Assembly (NCBI GenBank): GCA_002104945.1
Contig: MCFH01000008.1
Span: forward strand, 186,001-250,000
Source of the DNA: Piromyces finnis finn
Lineage: Eukaryota > Fungi > Neocallimastigomycota
Length of the DNA: 64,000 nucleotides
Reading direction: 5' to 3'
A program made the translations under genes and the position numbers. Every line of letters starts with the position of its first letter. Positions within the stretch are counted from its first letter, which is position 1. The notes below the pieces were generated by a model. It was not told the origin of the DNA. It saw only the letters and a program-made list of their open reading frames with translations, and made no database searches. Positions 32,989-53,263 of this stretch are shown here, one piece after another.

Positions 32989-34186
32989 TATCAATTGATT
33001 TACTTTTTCCCTTTAATTCAGTAGTGGGATTTTCATTGCTATAGTTAAAAAGATGGCAATAAAAGGATAGAAGAGGAATAGTTAAAAAATGACTGGTAGT
33101 TCCAATACATTAAAAAGAAAATAGATTGCCATTATATTAAAAGATCTAAAATTCTAATTTTAAAATTATTTATAAATATAAAAATCTTTTTAATCTTAAA
33201 AAATTTATACTTTTTTGTTTCAGTGGTAAAGATGAAAATATTTAAAAAATATATTGGTAATAAATGATATACATTTATTCGATAGAGTAAAATTATTGTA
33301 GATAACTAAATAATTATGAATTTATAATATTAAAGTTGCGTGTGTATTAATAGTATTATGTGCGTATTAATAATATTCTATTGTTACCACAGATTCACAG
33401 ATTATAATTAAAAAGAAGAGAAGAAATCAAAAAAGTTTATCCAAAAATTTTTAAATCGAAATGTTAAAAATTTTCAATAGTTAAAATGTAAAATCATGTG
33501 AGTTAACATGACTTTTTTAAATTTAAAATTTAAATAAATTGAATAGATAATATATTGTAATTAATTCTAATATTTTATCTATTAATATATGATCAAATAT
33601 TCAATTTTTTTTTTTTTAATATATATAATTATAGTTTTTTTTTTTTTTTTTTTTTTACTCTTTGCTTAAAAATAAATTTTAAAATATATTATTATAATTT
33701 AAGAATTATATTATTTTGTATAAAAGCAAAAATAATTAATTCTAATATTTATTTATTATAAATAATAATAAAATATATTTATATTAGAATAACTAATATA
33801 ATATTAAAAAGGTATATTTAAGGCGTATTTTGTAATTATTTAACAATAGTAATGAATAAATTTATGTTTTTTTTTTAAAGATTCAACCAATTTATTCGAC
33901 AAAATGATAATTTATAAAATGATAATATGATTATTTAATCATTGTTATTATTATTTTATTAATATTAGTAAATCGAAAAAGAAACAACAATAAACTTTTA
34001 GTAGTGCTTTCTTGGATATAATTATAAAATTTAATGTTTTTTAAAAATATATGATATATATTGCTAACAATTTTTTTATTTATATATTTTATTGTATATA
34101 TACTAAACTGTTAATACTATTTATAAATTTTATAAACGTATTAAATATTATTCAATATAAATTTTTATAAATGATAAATAGAAAAT

Positions 34187-39276
<5,090 letters not shown>

Positions 39277-41600
39277 ATACAATTCACATTGTTATAAGAA
39301 ATGAAGAAAAAGAAGATTGATACAAAAAATATAAATATTTTTTTTAATTATTTTTTCTTTTTCTTTTTAATGTTAAAGTTTAAAATTAGAATATATTTTA
39401 TTTATTTTTATATCATAAGTTTTAATACACAAGTTAATTATAAAATAATCGAATTTTTCTAATTTATTTTTTTTCATAAATACTTATATTTCATGCAATG
39501 AAAAAAAAAAAAAAAAAAATCTAAAATCTAAAAATTACATTAAATATAATTGAATTTTTAGAAGGTATAAATGATAAATGAATAATATTTATTTAAGATT
39601 TTTTTTTTTTTTTTTTTATTTTAAAAAAAAGTTAAAAAGCAAAACCAAATAAGCAAAATATCAGAATAATCAAAGGAAAAAAAAGAAATTAAAGTAAAAA
39701 AATTGTAACAAATAAAAAGAATCAATAATATAATTATAGAAACATAAACAATATATTAAAATAATAAAAATACCATAAAACTATTTTTTTATATATATAT
39801 ATATAAAAGGGGACAAACAAACTGGTGTATCTAATTCATTTCTATAATTTTTTTTTTTTTTTTGAATATTAATTATATGATATAAAGGGTATAATTTCTT
39901 TTTATTTTACCTTTAATTGTGATAGTAATAAAATCTTTTATAAATGCAATGATAAAGACTTTTCGATTTAAATCATTAATCCATATATTTAAAGGATTAA
40001 AAAAGATGGTTTAAGAACAGATGAATTGAAAATTTTATAGAGTAAATAATTTTAAAATTGTTATTAATTTTTTTTATTTATTTTATATTTATAACATTAT
40101 AAATTTTAAAGAATTTATTAAAATGTTACAAGAATTAGTATTATTTAATAGATTATGAATAATAAAAAAAAAAGATAAAATAAATAATATATATTTTGTT
40201 TTATATACTACAATTAACATTTATTTATGTTAAAGTTAAAAAAAAAAAAAAAAAAAGATGTTATTTAATCCTGTTATTATTTAACATATAACAATACAAC
40301 AGCATAATTTTAATTGGAATTAACATTTAAACTAAGAATTAGTAAAATAATTAAATTATTTAAAGTGAATATAATTCTTTTTTTTTTTTCATCTATAGAT
40401 TCGTTTTTACTTAATTCTTATATCTTAAAAGATTTTTATAATGAAATCTATTACTTTTATAGAATTTGTCATATTAAGTACACTTTACTATTTTAATATG
40501 ATGTCTATGTATCATTAAATTATATTTAGCATGAATAAACTTTTTTTTTATTTGGTTAATTTAATTTACTATTTTTAATTAATTATAAATGTATTTTTTT
40601 TACTTTTGATTTCAATATATTACAATATACTACTAATATATTGATGTTTTTGTTTCTCTAAATTTTTTTTATTAAAAATCTTTTTAAATAGAAAAATGAA
40701 TTATAATATTTCAAGAAGTTTAATATTAATTAAAATTAGATAATAAACATTAAATCCAAAAAAGGAATCTTCAATAATTATTTTTAACATTCATTTTTTT
40801 TTTTATAAGGTTGTAAAAAATATTAAAAAAAAAAAAAAAAGAATTTTAAAAGGGAATACCAAAGTACATTCAAAAGTTCATTTATACATAAAAAGCTAAA
40901 AGATAAATTCTATTTATTTTAACCCTAGTTGTCATATATTTTTACTTCTTCTTTTATTTTTTTAAAAGAAACAAATATAAAAAAAAAAAAGTAAGAACAA
41001 TGATACATAAATTCTAACTGATTATAATAAATTTAATCATTTTTTTTTATTCATTATATTTTTACCCCATCTTGATTTTGTATAAAAAGCAATCTGCTAT
41101 TATAAACACATTATTTATCAACTATTTTATTTAATTAATTATACAATCATATTCCAATATTTTTAAATATATATAATACTATATATATTAACAAACATTT
41201 CTTTACATAGTAACATAACACATTAAATAATATATATATATAAATTATTCATAATATTTATTTTTAAAGTACTTTATATATTACTTTCTTTTATGAGAAT
41301 TGCTGTAACAATAAAAAAAGAAATAAGAAAGAATTATTAAAACATTATAAATCATACCCATTTCAATAGAAATTATAATTTTTTGAAATAGTATTACTTT
41401 TCAACTGTATATAATATACAATTACGTATATTATTGGGTTATTTATATGAGATTCATACTAAAATTAATATAGAATAATAGAATGAAGTATTGATATAAC
41501 ATCATATCAAAACAATTTTATATAATAATATATTTTTTCTTTGGTATTAAACTTTTTAAGAATATATATAAAAGAGAAAATATAAAGTAATATATAGAAA

Positions 41601-44600
41601 ATGGAGAAAATAAAAAATTTTTTACTGTATGGAAAGTATGCAGATGATAATGATAGAAGTTTACAAGATAGAATATCAAGGAGTAATAGAAGCTCTTTTT
41701 CAAGGTATATAAGGGCTGATAATTTAGATACTTCTAGTAGTCGTAGTAGTTCAGAAAGTATAGAGAAAGAAGTTGGGAAAGAAAAAATTGATATAGGTAG
41801 AAATAGAAATGGTCAACTAAATTATCGTGCAAGTGTAATTGGTATGCCAATTAGTACGAGTCAAGAGGATTTAAATATTTTAAGTGAATTATTAAAATTA
41901 CAACAACAGAGTGAAGATGAAAATAAAAGTAAATATTATAAGTATTTGTTTTTACAATTATTTGAAAAATTATATTCAATTATTAATATTTAAATCACAT
42001 CTTTTAACGATTTATAAATAACAATTTTCTACATCATTTTTATATTTTTATACATTATTGAATATATATTATTAAAAAATATATGTTAAATAACAATATA
42101 TATATTATATATTGATTCAATATAATGTCAATTATTAAATGAAATCATTATTTTATTGATAGAAGAAAAAAAAAAAGAGTTGGAAAGTTTTAAACTTCCA
42201 GAAAGACACTCTTCTTTAGTTAAAATACATGATAATACTGAAGAAAGAATACAAAGACGTACTAGTAATAGTTCATTAAATTTAAAAGTAGCAACAGGAA
42301 ATGATTTTGAGGTAGGACGTCCATATTCAATCAGTAATAGATTTAGAGAAAGAGGATATTCATCATCTAGAAATAGTAGTGTTAATAATATTAGTAGTTT
42401 ACGTAATGAATGTACATTTGATATTGATGAATCATCTATCAAAAGTAGAAAATCTTCGATTAATACAACCACCTCAGAAATAGTAAAAAAAACAAATTCT
42501 TTAACCCAAATTAGTTTAGCCTTGCACTCCAAATTTATTGGTGATGATCTAGATTCTTTTGATTGTAAATTATTTAATTTATTAACAAATGATCCATTCT
42601 TTCCCGAAAGAACTCACTTTCCTCATGGAAATGATTCATTGATACCACCCCTTCCTAATGATAGATATTTCCAGAGTATAAAAAATAATCTTGATATTAC
42701 CAGAATTACAGGTAATTTCATTTTATTATAGTTTATTAAAAATGTTAATAATAATTACCTTCTATTGCTTAATAATATTTTAAAGATATATATTTGTAAA
42801 AGAATAATATTATGAAATTTTTATAGTAACATTTATCAAACTTACAATATTGTTATTATTACATTTAAATTTTAATATTTTTAAAAAAATCATAATTTAA
42901 ATAGACAGACTTCTTGTTATGGGTAGTGTTTGGAAAAATATTACTGAAAAAAGAAGTGCAAGGTAAATAAAGAGATAATAATTTACATTATTTAATAATT
43001 AAAAAAAATTAATATTTCTAATTATTTTATAAAATTATTTATACCGATTTTTATTACAGAAATAATATAGATGAAATTGCATACTTTATAAAGACAAGAT
43101 ATCAGAGAAAGTTTATGATTTGGAATTTATCAGATGGTACATATGATTATTCAAAATTTGATAATCAAGTAGTATCTTTTAATGTATCAAAGTCACTTTT
43201 CAATTTAAAAGTATTGATTGATATTTGTCGTTCATTATTTATTTGGTTAAGTATTGATAATCAAAATATTGCTATTATTCATTGTAATAATGGTAGAAAT
43301 AGAACTGGTATTATTGTTGCTTGCTTTTTATATTTTAGTTCTATTTTCCCAAATGTTGATGAAGGTTTTAATTATTTTATTAAGAGAAGATGCAATAATG
43401 ATAACTCATGGGTAACTAATACTCAAAGAAGATATTCCAAATACTTTAATGGTATTTTTACTTATAAAGGTCATTTACAAAATCAATACGCTCTTTACAT
43501 GTGTAGTATCATTTTAAATGGTATTCCAAACTTCTTACCAAACAATGGTGGATGCAATCCTGGTTTGGAAGTTTATCAATGTGGTAAATTAATTTATAAT
43601 ACCACAATTATGTCTATTGATGATGAATGTCATCCAGGTGTTTTCATGGATGATAACAATATTATTTTCCAATTTCCAGATATTCAATACTTAACTATTG
43701 AAAAGGATATTCAAATTAGAGTTTTCCATTGTCCAGATCTAAATAATAGAAACAATAATGTAACAATGTTTAACTTTTATTTCCATACTGGTTTTATGAC
43801 AGAAGGTGCTATTCGTGTTAGTTTACCAGATATTGAACTTTCTACTCATGGTTCCAATAAATTTAATAAAGATTTCTCTATGGATCTTATTTTTATGTCT
43901 TCTCATAGTAATTCGGATAATTCTGATGACTCAAAGTTTAAACCATTAACATATGAATCCTTCTTGGAAAAATCAAATTCAAGATGGTTAAATAAACTTT
44001 CTCAACATCATGCTGTATCCGCAGAACCTGAATTAGTTGAATCATTAGAAATTCAAGGTTATAATCGAATTGTTGGTAAGTTGAAATTAGAAAAAAAAAA
44101 AAAACATAGTTATGTAAAAATAGTATTATGAAATTTAGGTTTAAATATTGTAAAAAATTTTAATTTTTATTGTGTATTTAATAAATTAATATAATCATAA
44201 ATTCTTTTTTTTAAATAAATAAGCTACATATGCTTTACAAATAGCAAATAACCAAATCCATGATGCCCATGAATATTTAACAACAGAATTTGAAAATACT
44301 GAAGTATTTAATGAAATATTTAAAGAAACAACATTACATGAACAAGGAAAGAAAAAGAAGAATAGATATAGAAGAAGTTATGCTCTTAATTTAATGCAAA
44401 AGGATTTAGAAGCATTAAGAGCATTAGATAATGATAATGATAATGATGATGATGATGGTGAAGGTGAGAGTAGTGAAAGTCTTATCGATGAAAGCAATAC
44501 AAGCCTTGAAAGCAGCTATAAAAGTAATAGTCTTAATAATCTTTCACCTATTCGTGAAAATCTTTATAAATCAAATGATGATATATTTGATATTTATAAA

Positions 44601-47219
44601 AATAATAGTGAAGAAATTATTAGTAAAGAGGATGGTAAAAAAGATGAAGAAGAAAATGATGTTGAAGATGAAGCTTATGATCTTGATGAATTTATAGACC
44701 AATATATTCTTGAATCTCCAACAAATGATGAATTTAAGTTTGATTTAAGTGGTAAAAGATCAGTTTCCTCATCTGTACATAGTCTTCGTAGTTTACATGG
44801 TAGTAGAAAGAATCTATCCGCTAGTAAGAAAAACCTTGCTGGTACCAGATCTAAAAAAGCTAGTAGAGAAAATCTTACAACTATTAAAGATGAGGATTTG
44901 AAAATTCCATCAACAATATCTGAGACTGAGACTAGTGAAAATAAGAATATACCACCACCACCACCAAATCCATTAGCAGCTCCTCCACCACCTCCACCAA
45001 ATCCATTAGCAGCTCCACCTCCACCTCCACCTAATCCATTAGCAGCTCCTCCACCACCTCCACCAAACCCAATGATGGGTGGTCCACCACCTCCACCACC
45101 CCCACCAATGATGGGCGGTCCTCCACCACCACCACCTCCTCCAGGGGCTCCAAGTATACCAGGAATTCCACCACCAATCAAAGCATCTGAAGATAATCAA
45201 AAATTACAAGTTAAAGCTCGTCTTCACTGGAATGAAATTAAAGAAACAAATAAACTTGTTAATACAATTTGGAGTGAAAAGTCATCGAAGAACCCTGAGT
45301 TTGAAAAGATTGATTTAGATATCAAAAAATTTGAAGAAATCTTTTGTATTATTCCATCTAAAGAACCAACTGTATTAAAGAAATCCAAGAAACCACAAAA
45401 GTATATTTTAAATAATAATTATATATATTTATTAATTCAATTCAATTCAATTCAATTAATTAAAATTATTTAAAATGTTTGTTCTTCTTTTTTTTTCTTT
45501 TTTATCTTTTTTTTTTTTTTTGTTTCACAATTATATTTTTTATAGGGTTAATAAATCTTTATTAGATTCAAGACGTGCACAAAATATTTCTATCGGTGTA
45601 GCATTATTTCAAAGACGTGGTTTATCCTTTAAAGATATTAGAAATGCTATTTGTAATTTCGATGATAAAGTTTTGACATTAGATGAATTATTATCATTAA
45701 AACCATTATTACCAACACCGGAAGAACGTGCATTATTAGAAATTTATTTAAATAATAATAAAAATAAGAGTAATCATCAATTTGATTCACCAGAACTCTT
45801 TTTATTAGAATTGATGAAAGAACCGGAAATTGATTATTTCATTAAATCCTTTATTTATAAATGTCAATTTAAACCAGAATCCGAAAATCTTGAAAAATGT
45901 TTCACTCAATTTTTAACATTATGTGAAAATTTAAAAGAAAGTGACAACTTAAAAATTTTATTAAAAACCGTATTAGCACTTGGAAATTTAACTAATCATG
46001 AATATGGTAATACAATTAGAAATAGTTATTCTTATGCTTCAATGAATCAAGATAAAAAAGCTTTAGGTTTTAAGATTGAAGGTTTAGTAAAACTAAGAGA
46101 TGTAAAATCTACAGATGGTAAATCAAATTTATTGGTAAGTATTATGTTGGTGTAATGGTATATTTATATAATTAAATTGGAATTAAAAAAAAAAGATACA
46201 TTGTTAATATATAATATATATAATTTTTTTTTTTTGTATTATAGAATTATCTTGTCGATATGTTAAAATTAAAGAAACCAGAAATTTTAACAATTGCTAA
46301 TCAATTCCAAGAAATAAAATCTGTAAGACAATTTGATTTAAGAGATTTAGTGAACCGTTTAAAAACACTTGAAACCGGTTTGTCTAAGATTAAACAAAGA
46401 ATGTACAAGAATTCTTCTAATTCTAGTAGTATTGAAAATCTACCTGATGCTGATGGTGGTGATAATAAGGAAACAAAAAAAGATAAGAACGATAATGATT
46501 CAAGTGATGAAGATACAGAAGCAACAAAGAATTATGATTCAACTCTTCAAAGAAGAATCATCATGCCATTTGTTGAAGAAGCCACACAATCACTTTTGAA
46601 GATCTATGATTTACTTAGTAAATGTAATAAAGCATTTATTGATATTGCTGAATACTTAGGTGAAAATTTAGCAGAGTATTCATCTGTCTTAGATGTTCCA
46701 AATGAAATATTAAAAATTGGTTCATCATCTTCATTATATGGAGACAGTGCTATTACAAATAATGGAAAACCATCCAATGCAAACCCTCCGAAAAATGATG
46801 AATCATTAAAGCAACCTACTGTTGTTTTTGTTACATTAGATACCTTTTTCCAACAATTCCAAGAAGCAGTAAAAATTAATGAACAGAGAGAAGAAGAACA
46901 AAAAAGAAGGGAGAAACATCGTTCATCAATGATGGGAATTCAAAAATCAAAATCATTAAGTAATTTACCTAATGGATTTGGTAAAGAAAAGTCACTTAGA
47001 GAGCAAATGTTGGATGAAATTCGTAATCGTAGTATTACAAAGTTTGAGGATGCTGGAAGTAAAGCAATTAATATGGAAAAATTATATTTAGAAAATAAAA
47101 AACAACAAGAACAAAATAAAGAAAATGAACAAAATAAGGATGAAAGCAGTAAAGAAGCTGGATCTTCCAATATTCCACATTCACAATCTAATATAATATT
47201 AAATGACCAATTAATGTAA
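41601..47219 (+). CDS. Formin with N-terminal PTEN/tensin-like phosphatase and C2 domains, UBA-like domain, FH1, FH2 and WH2-like tail; 7 exons, ~1563 aa
   Basis: Exons 41601-41928, 42163-42711, 42905-42962, 43060-44075, 44224-45400, 45546-46134, 46245-47219 (4692 nt, open). PTEN-like: LDITRITDRLLVMG, RNNIDEIAYF, MIWNLS, IHCNNGRNRTG, QRRYSKYF. C2: MFNFYFHTGF. FH1: polyproline. FH2: LHWNEI..TIW, RAQNISI, LALGNLTN, GFKIEGLVKLRDVKS. Confidence 0.9.
44951..45172 (+). repeat. FH1 polyproline region built from 33-bp units (PPPPPPNPLAA x3, then PPPPPPNPMMGG-type units)
   Basis: Visible in both DNA and translation. Confidence 0.9.
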
Positions 47220-47300
47220 ATAAATTTATATCAAAATCAAAAATATTTTTATTTTTATTTTTATGGCAATATGGGTGATGGGTGAAAAATATAAAGAGTT

Positions 47301-47821
<521 letters not shown>

Positions 47822-48269
47822 CAACATAACACCAACTTTTTTTATAACATTCAATATTTTATTAACATCAAAAAAGATTCATATCATACAACTTATTAAT
47901 TTCAAAATTATATATTGCTTTTTTATATATTTTATTAAATATATAATTATTGTTTTATTTAAATGAGTTTAAAAGAAAATGAAATACTCTCTATAAATAT
48001 AATATGTAATACAATCATATAAAACTTTAAAATAAAGTAATTTAGTTGCTGAATAAAAATTAAATTAAAAAAAAAATAATAGCTCTTTAAACACTTTATA
48101 AAATAAGGATAATTAATAAATTTTTATTGATTTTTACTTAAAAATGTTATTTTATTAAAAAACAATATAAATTGACAATAAATATATATTCCAAATATCT
48201 CCTATATCATTAAAAAGTAATACTTTTTTTTTTTTGTAATTTCAAAAACCTTTAGCAACTTTCATTGTG

Positions 48270-48300
<31 letters not shown>

Positions 48301-48451
48301 TTATTAAATTCAAGTACATTTTTCTTTTAAAATACCATTTAAACCAATCAAATTATTGATTCAATTTTAAAATATATAGAAATAAATTAGATTTTAAAAA
48401 TAATTAAAAAATATATTTTTTATTAGAAAGTATTATAGATAATAAATAATA

Positions 48452-50695
48452 ATGGAAGAACGTAAGTTTTGAATAATTGATTAAATACTAGAATTTTAAT
48501 AGAAAAAAAAAAATAAAAAGGAATCATAATTTAATTCAATATAATAAAGCTATAAAACCTTTTTGAAAATTAAAAATTATGTTATGGCAATATTATCATA
48601 AATCGTATTAAATTCATAAACTAAATATTGAATGTGTTTTATTTTTTTTCCCCAAAATTTAATTCTTCATTTAAATATATTAAAGTATAAAAGAAAAAAT
48701 AATAAATAAAATGATAATATTGGAATTAAACATAAAAATAAAATAAAATTTATAAATTTGTATTATATATATATATTTTTTTTTTAAAAAAAAAAAACAG
48801 AAATAATATACAGTAACTTGTTTTAAAATTACACTATACCTTTTTTGAACCATATATAAGAAATTACTCGAGAATATATATAATGATGACAATAATTATT
48901 AATAAAATATATTCTCTTAATTTATTTGATAAATATAGAATTTGATATACAAAAAACATTTAATGAAATTGTTGAAAAAGAAAAGACCGTTTCTTTACCA
49001 GTTGTTGCAGTTAAGGTATAATAAAAATAATAAAAAATTAATATAATTCCAAATAAAAAAAAAAAAAAAAAAATTAAAGAGATTTTATGTATTTTATAAA
49101 CAATAGGTTTTAACTGAATTTATTAAACAAGGAAAAAGTATATATACATTTACAGTATAATATATATTAAAATTAATTAGTTAAAAAAAAAGTACTAATC
49201 AAAAATAATTTTACTATAAATAAACATAATATAATTCCTTTTAAATCCACCTATCTATCTATCTATATAAATATATAAAAACACATTTATTATTATAAAA
49301 CTTACCAATATAAATAATCAATAATGAAATTTTTTAAAATCCAATTTCAAAATTTTATTTTACATGTATAAATCAAACAAATAAACTAAAAACAATGAAT
49401 AATAAAACTTTGTATTTATAAAGCTTCAACTCTTCAAGAATTTATGAAAAATTTACAAAATGCTAGTGAAACTTTAAAGGCTTTAAATCCAATTTCAGTT
49501 TCAGCTGGTTGTGATCTTTTCTTAAGATTTATTACTAGAACTACACATGATGTTACTGTAAGTTTAAAAGTAGTTTTTCTTTTATAACAACTTTTGCATT
49601 AATCAATTACATTTATTTGCTAATTGGCATAAAATAGAATTTAGAACTTTGTAAGAAACATATTGTCGAAAAGGGTGAACAATTTATTGAACAATCTCAA
49701 ATAAGAAGACATAATATTGCTGAACTTGGTGTTCAATTTATCAAAGATGATTCTGTAAATTTTTATAAAAAAAATTTTTTTTATTAAATTTAAATTGAAA
49801 AATCAAATTTCATTTAATATTAATCATTATTTTTCCTGTATATATGCTATTTTTTTTTTTTTTTTTTTTAAAAAAAAAGACTATTTTAATTCATTCATAC
49901 TCAAGAGTTGTAATGTTATTACTTTTAAATGCTTCCAAAGCCAAAAAGAGATTTAGAGTTTATGTTACTGGTAATTTTCAATGGCCACAAATATTTTATA
50001 AATTTATTTTATTTAAATAATGTTTATAAATATTTCATTAAATATATATATATATATATTGTTATTATGATATTATTATAATTTAATATAGAGGCTAGAC
50101 CATCTACTAATGGGTAAATATTAGATTATAAGAGTTTAAATATTTATTTATTTATTTTTTTATTATAATATTCCTATAACTTATTTATTTTTATAAAAAT
50201 ATTTCTTAAATATATGAATAAATCTATTTCCATAATTTATCTACGAATAATAAAATTCTAATTAATATAAATAGTCAAAGAGCTGTTGATGAATTAAATG
50301 AAGCCAATATTCCAGCAAAATTAATTTTAGATGCTGCCGTTGGTTTTATTATTGGTAAAGTTGATATGGTTATGGTTGGTGCAGAAGGTGTTGTTGAAAA
50401 TGGTGGTATTATTAACCAAATTGGTACATATCAAATTGCTGTCGTTGCAAAGGCTGCCAATAAACCATTCTATGCTGTTACTGAAAGTTACAAATTTGTT
50501 CGTATTTTCCCATTAAATCAATATGATGTTGTTTCATCAACCTTAGATTCTAATAATCATGAACCAAATGAAATCTCATTAGAAAAGCAAACTGTTGATT
50601 ATACACCACCAGAATATATATCTTTATTATTCACTGATTTAGGTGTATTAACACCATCTGGTGTTAGTGATGAATTAATTAAATGGTATTATTAG
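48452..50695 (+). CDS. GCN3: Translation initiation factor eIF2B subunit alpha, multi-exon
   Basis: Micro first exon ATG GAA GAA C|gtaag. Then [115 protein letters not shown]. Confidence 0.95.
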
Positions 50696-51354
50696 ATTAA
50701 AAAAAAAAAAAAAAAAAAACAGGCAAAACTATTTTATGTTTTATGATATTTAATTTTAAATTAAAACAGATTTAGAGAAAAAACAAAAACAAAAACAAAA
50801 AATAAAAAGTCAAAACGCAAAAAACATTAATTTTATATATAATTATTATTCTTTTTTTTTTTTTTTGTTAAATATAATAATAAAAAAAAAAAAAAAACAA
50901 TTAAACATAACAACTATTAAAAATGATTTATTGAAATAAACTTTATAAAAATATATATCTATTTTTATTTTTAAAAATAATTATTACTACTTTATGGTTT
51001 AATTTTACAATAATGATTTTTTTTTTTTAACCCCATTTACACTCTCTCTTTATGTATATAAAAAATATATATTTTAAATAGTAAAGTCTAAAAAATCCTC
51101 TTAACTTTTTTTTTTTTAATAAAACGAAAGAAAAAAAAAAAAAAAAAAACTAGGAATTATTATAAATAGAATATACAATAAAAATATATAAAAAAAAATA
51201 TAAAAATAAATATTATTTTTAGTCTTTTAAATATATAATAATAATAGTGATGGAATAATGAAAAAATAAAATACGAATGATGATAATAATACTAATAATA
51301 ATAATTATGAATTCGAGAAACGCTCATTATATATTGAAATGAAAAAAAAAATTT

Positions 51355-53263
51355 TTAAATTTTTAGTTCGATATGTTTATGATGGAGTCCTATTGGATAG
51401 GGTCCATGACTATCGTATTCTTTTGTTGATCCACATGATTGTATACCTTGAATCCAATTTGAATATATGAGTTCATTCAATGAAATTCTTGTCTGTGGAT
51501 TTGTATCAAGCATTCTTAATAATCCTTCTAATGATTGAGGTGTGAATGCATCTAATGATGGGAAAAAATCTTTTCCTCTTAATACAAAACTCTGGTAATA
51601 CGTATCACTTGAGTTTGCTTCACCCCATGGAATTTCTGTAAAAAGCATAAAATAATATATAACTCCTTTATATATATTAAAATTAACATATTATTATGAG
51701 ATTATGAGATCCTAATTATATGAAAAATATAAAGGAAACTGCTTTTATTTACCACATGACCAAATATCAACTTTTTCACCATCATAGTGATTATGATTTA
51801 AATATTCTTCAGGAGATATGTAAGGTTGACTTCCGCATAAACCGTCAATTAAATGTTTTCTTCTATCATAAACAGAACGAAAAACAGCTGAAATACCAAA
51901 GTCAATAATTTTTATGTGTTGTTGTGTTTTATCTAATAAAATATTTTCTGGTTTTAAATCTCTGTGAGATACACCCATTGAATGCAAATAACTGACCCCT
52001 AATAATATCTATAATATAGAATAATGTTACAAAAATGACCTTTATAATAAATATATACATCATCATTATTATTATTATTCATTTAGTACATACTTGTTTA
52101 AAATAGCAATTTATAATATTTATATCTTTTAATTTTCCACTATTAATTTTTTCATATAGGCTTCCACCACTGCAATGTTCTAGTATTTCAAACCATTTCC
52201 CATCTCTATCTTCTATTAAATCAAAAGTTTTCACTATATTTTCATGATGAAGCGAAAACCTTTTAATTTAAATAGGGTCGTAATATAAATTATAAAATAA
52301 AATTTAATATTCCGGGGAAAAAAAGAAAAAAAAGATTAAACGTAAGTTTTATAATATATACCCTATACAAAATTCATTTGTTATTTTCTTTAGATATTCT
52401 TTATTTGTTTCATTCTTGCATTTCTTACGAAATTCCTGATATTTAAGAAATTAATGAATACATTAATATAATATTAATAAAATTGACGATTTGTCACAAT
52501 TTTATAATAATTTTTTTCTTTTTCTCTTTTTTACCTTTACTACATATATAGTATTATCACCATTAATTTTTTTTGCTAATTTAATAGTTGCAGTCTTTTT
52601 ATATTATTATAAAAAAAAAAAAAAAAAGATAAAATTTAATTTTGAAATTTTTGTATATATATATTTTTTATAATAATAGTAATTTTTTTGTTTATATAAA
52701 TTAATGAAATTATTAAATTTTTAACAATTTACCGCTCCTTTTCCGAGTTTATTTAATATTTCATATTTATCTGAAAAATAATTTTCTTGCTCATAGCAAG
52801 ACATAGATTCATTTTGTGTATATGATTTTTTAATTAAATTTGTTTTAGAAAATGATTTTTTTAAGGTTTGTTTTAGACTACCGGTAGAACTTCTTCTTTC
52901 AACATCATTAGGATAAGTATTATTATCAATTAATGATTGTACACGCTTATTAAGACTTAATTTTCTTTTATTATATTTACCACTTAACATATTGTCTTCT
53001 TCTTCTGATACTACTATAGCTGATTTTTCAATAATATTATTTTCATCTGTATTAAAAGTGATTGTTATAGATTTTTGCTCATTAAATAAATTTAAACAAT
53101 AAACGTTGACTTTTGAAATATAATTCTTTTCTAAATTATCATTTAATATTTTATAATTTAATAATTTTTTATCATTCGAACTTAAAAGTTTATCATTGAT
53201 TATGCTATTCTTTTCTTCGTTTTTTAATATAAAAGCTTTTTCCGGAATAGCTATATTTTGCAT
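51355..53263 (-). CDS. Ser/Thr protein kinase, NPR1/HAL5 family, multi-exon
   Basis: LGKGA, LHHENIVKTFDL, VLEHCSGG, HRDLKPENILL, KIIDFGISAVFR, LCGSQPYISPEEY, KVDIWSCG, MLFTEIPW. The CGSxPYIxPEE motif and PW are typical of the fungal NPR/HAL family. Confidence 0.85.

Noticed and set aside
29850-34180. 4.3-kb gene-free divergent interval, including a weak ATGGCAAT/ATTGCCAT inverted pair near 33053-33132
   Set aside because: I found no ORF, spliceable exons, tRNA fold or snoRNA boxes that I can support.
44675-45181. Gly-rich 168-aa minus-strand ORF
   Set aside because: It is the antisense shadow of the formin FH1 polyproline codons.
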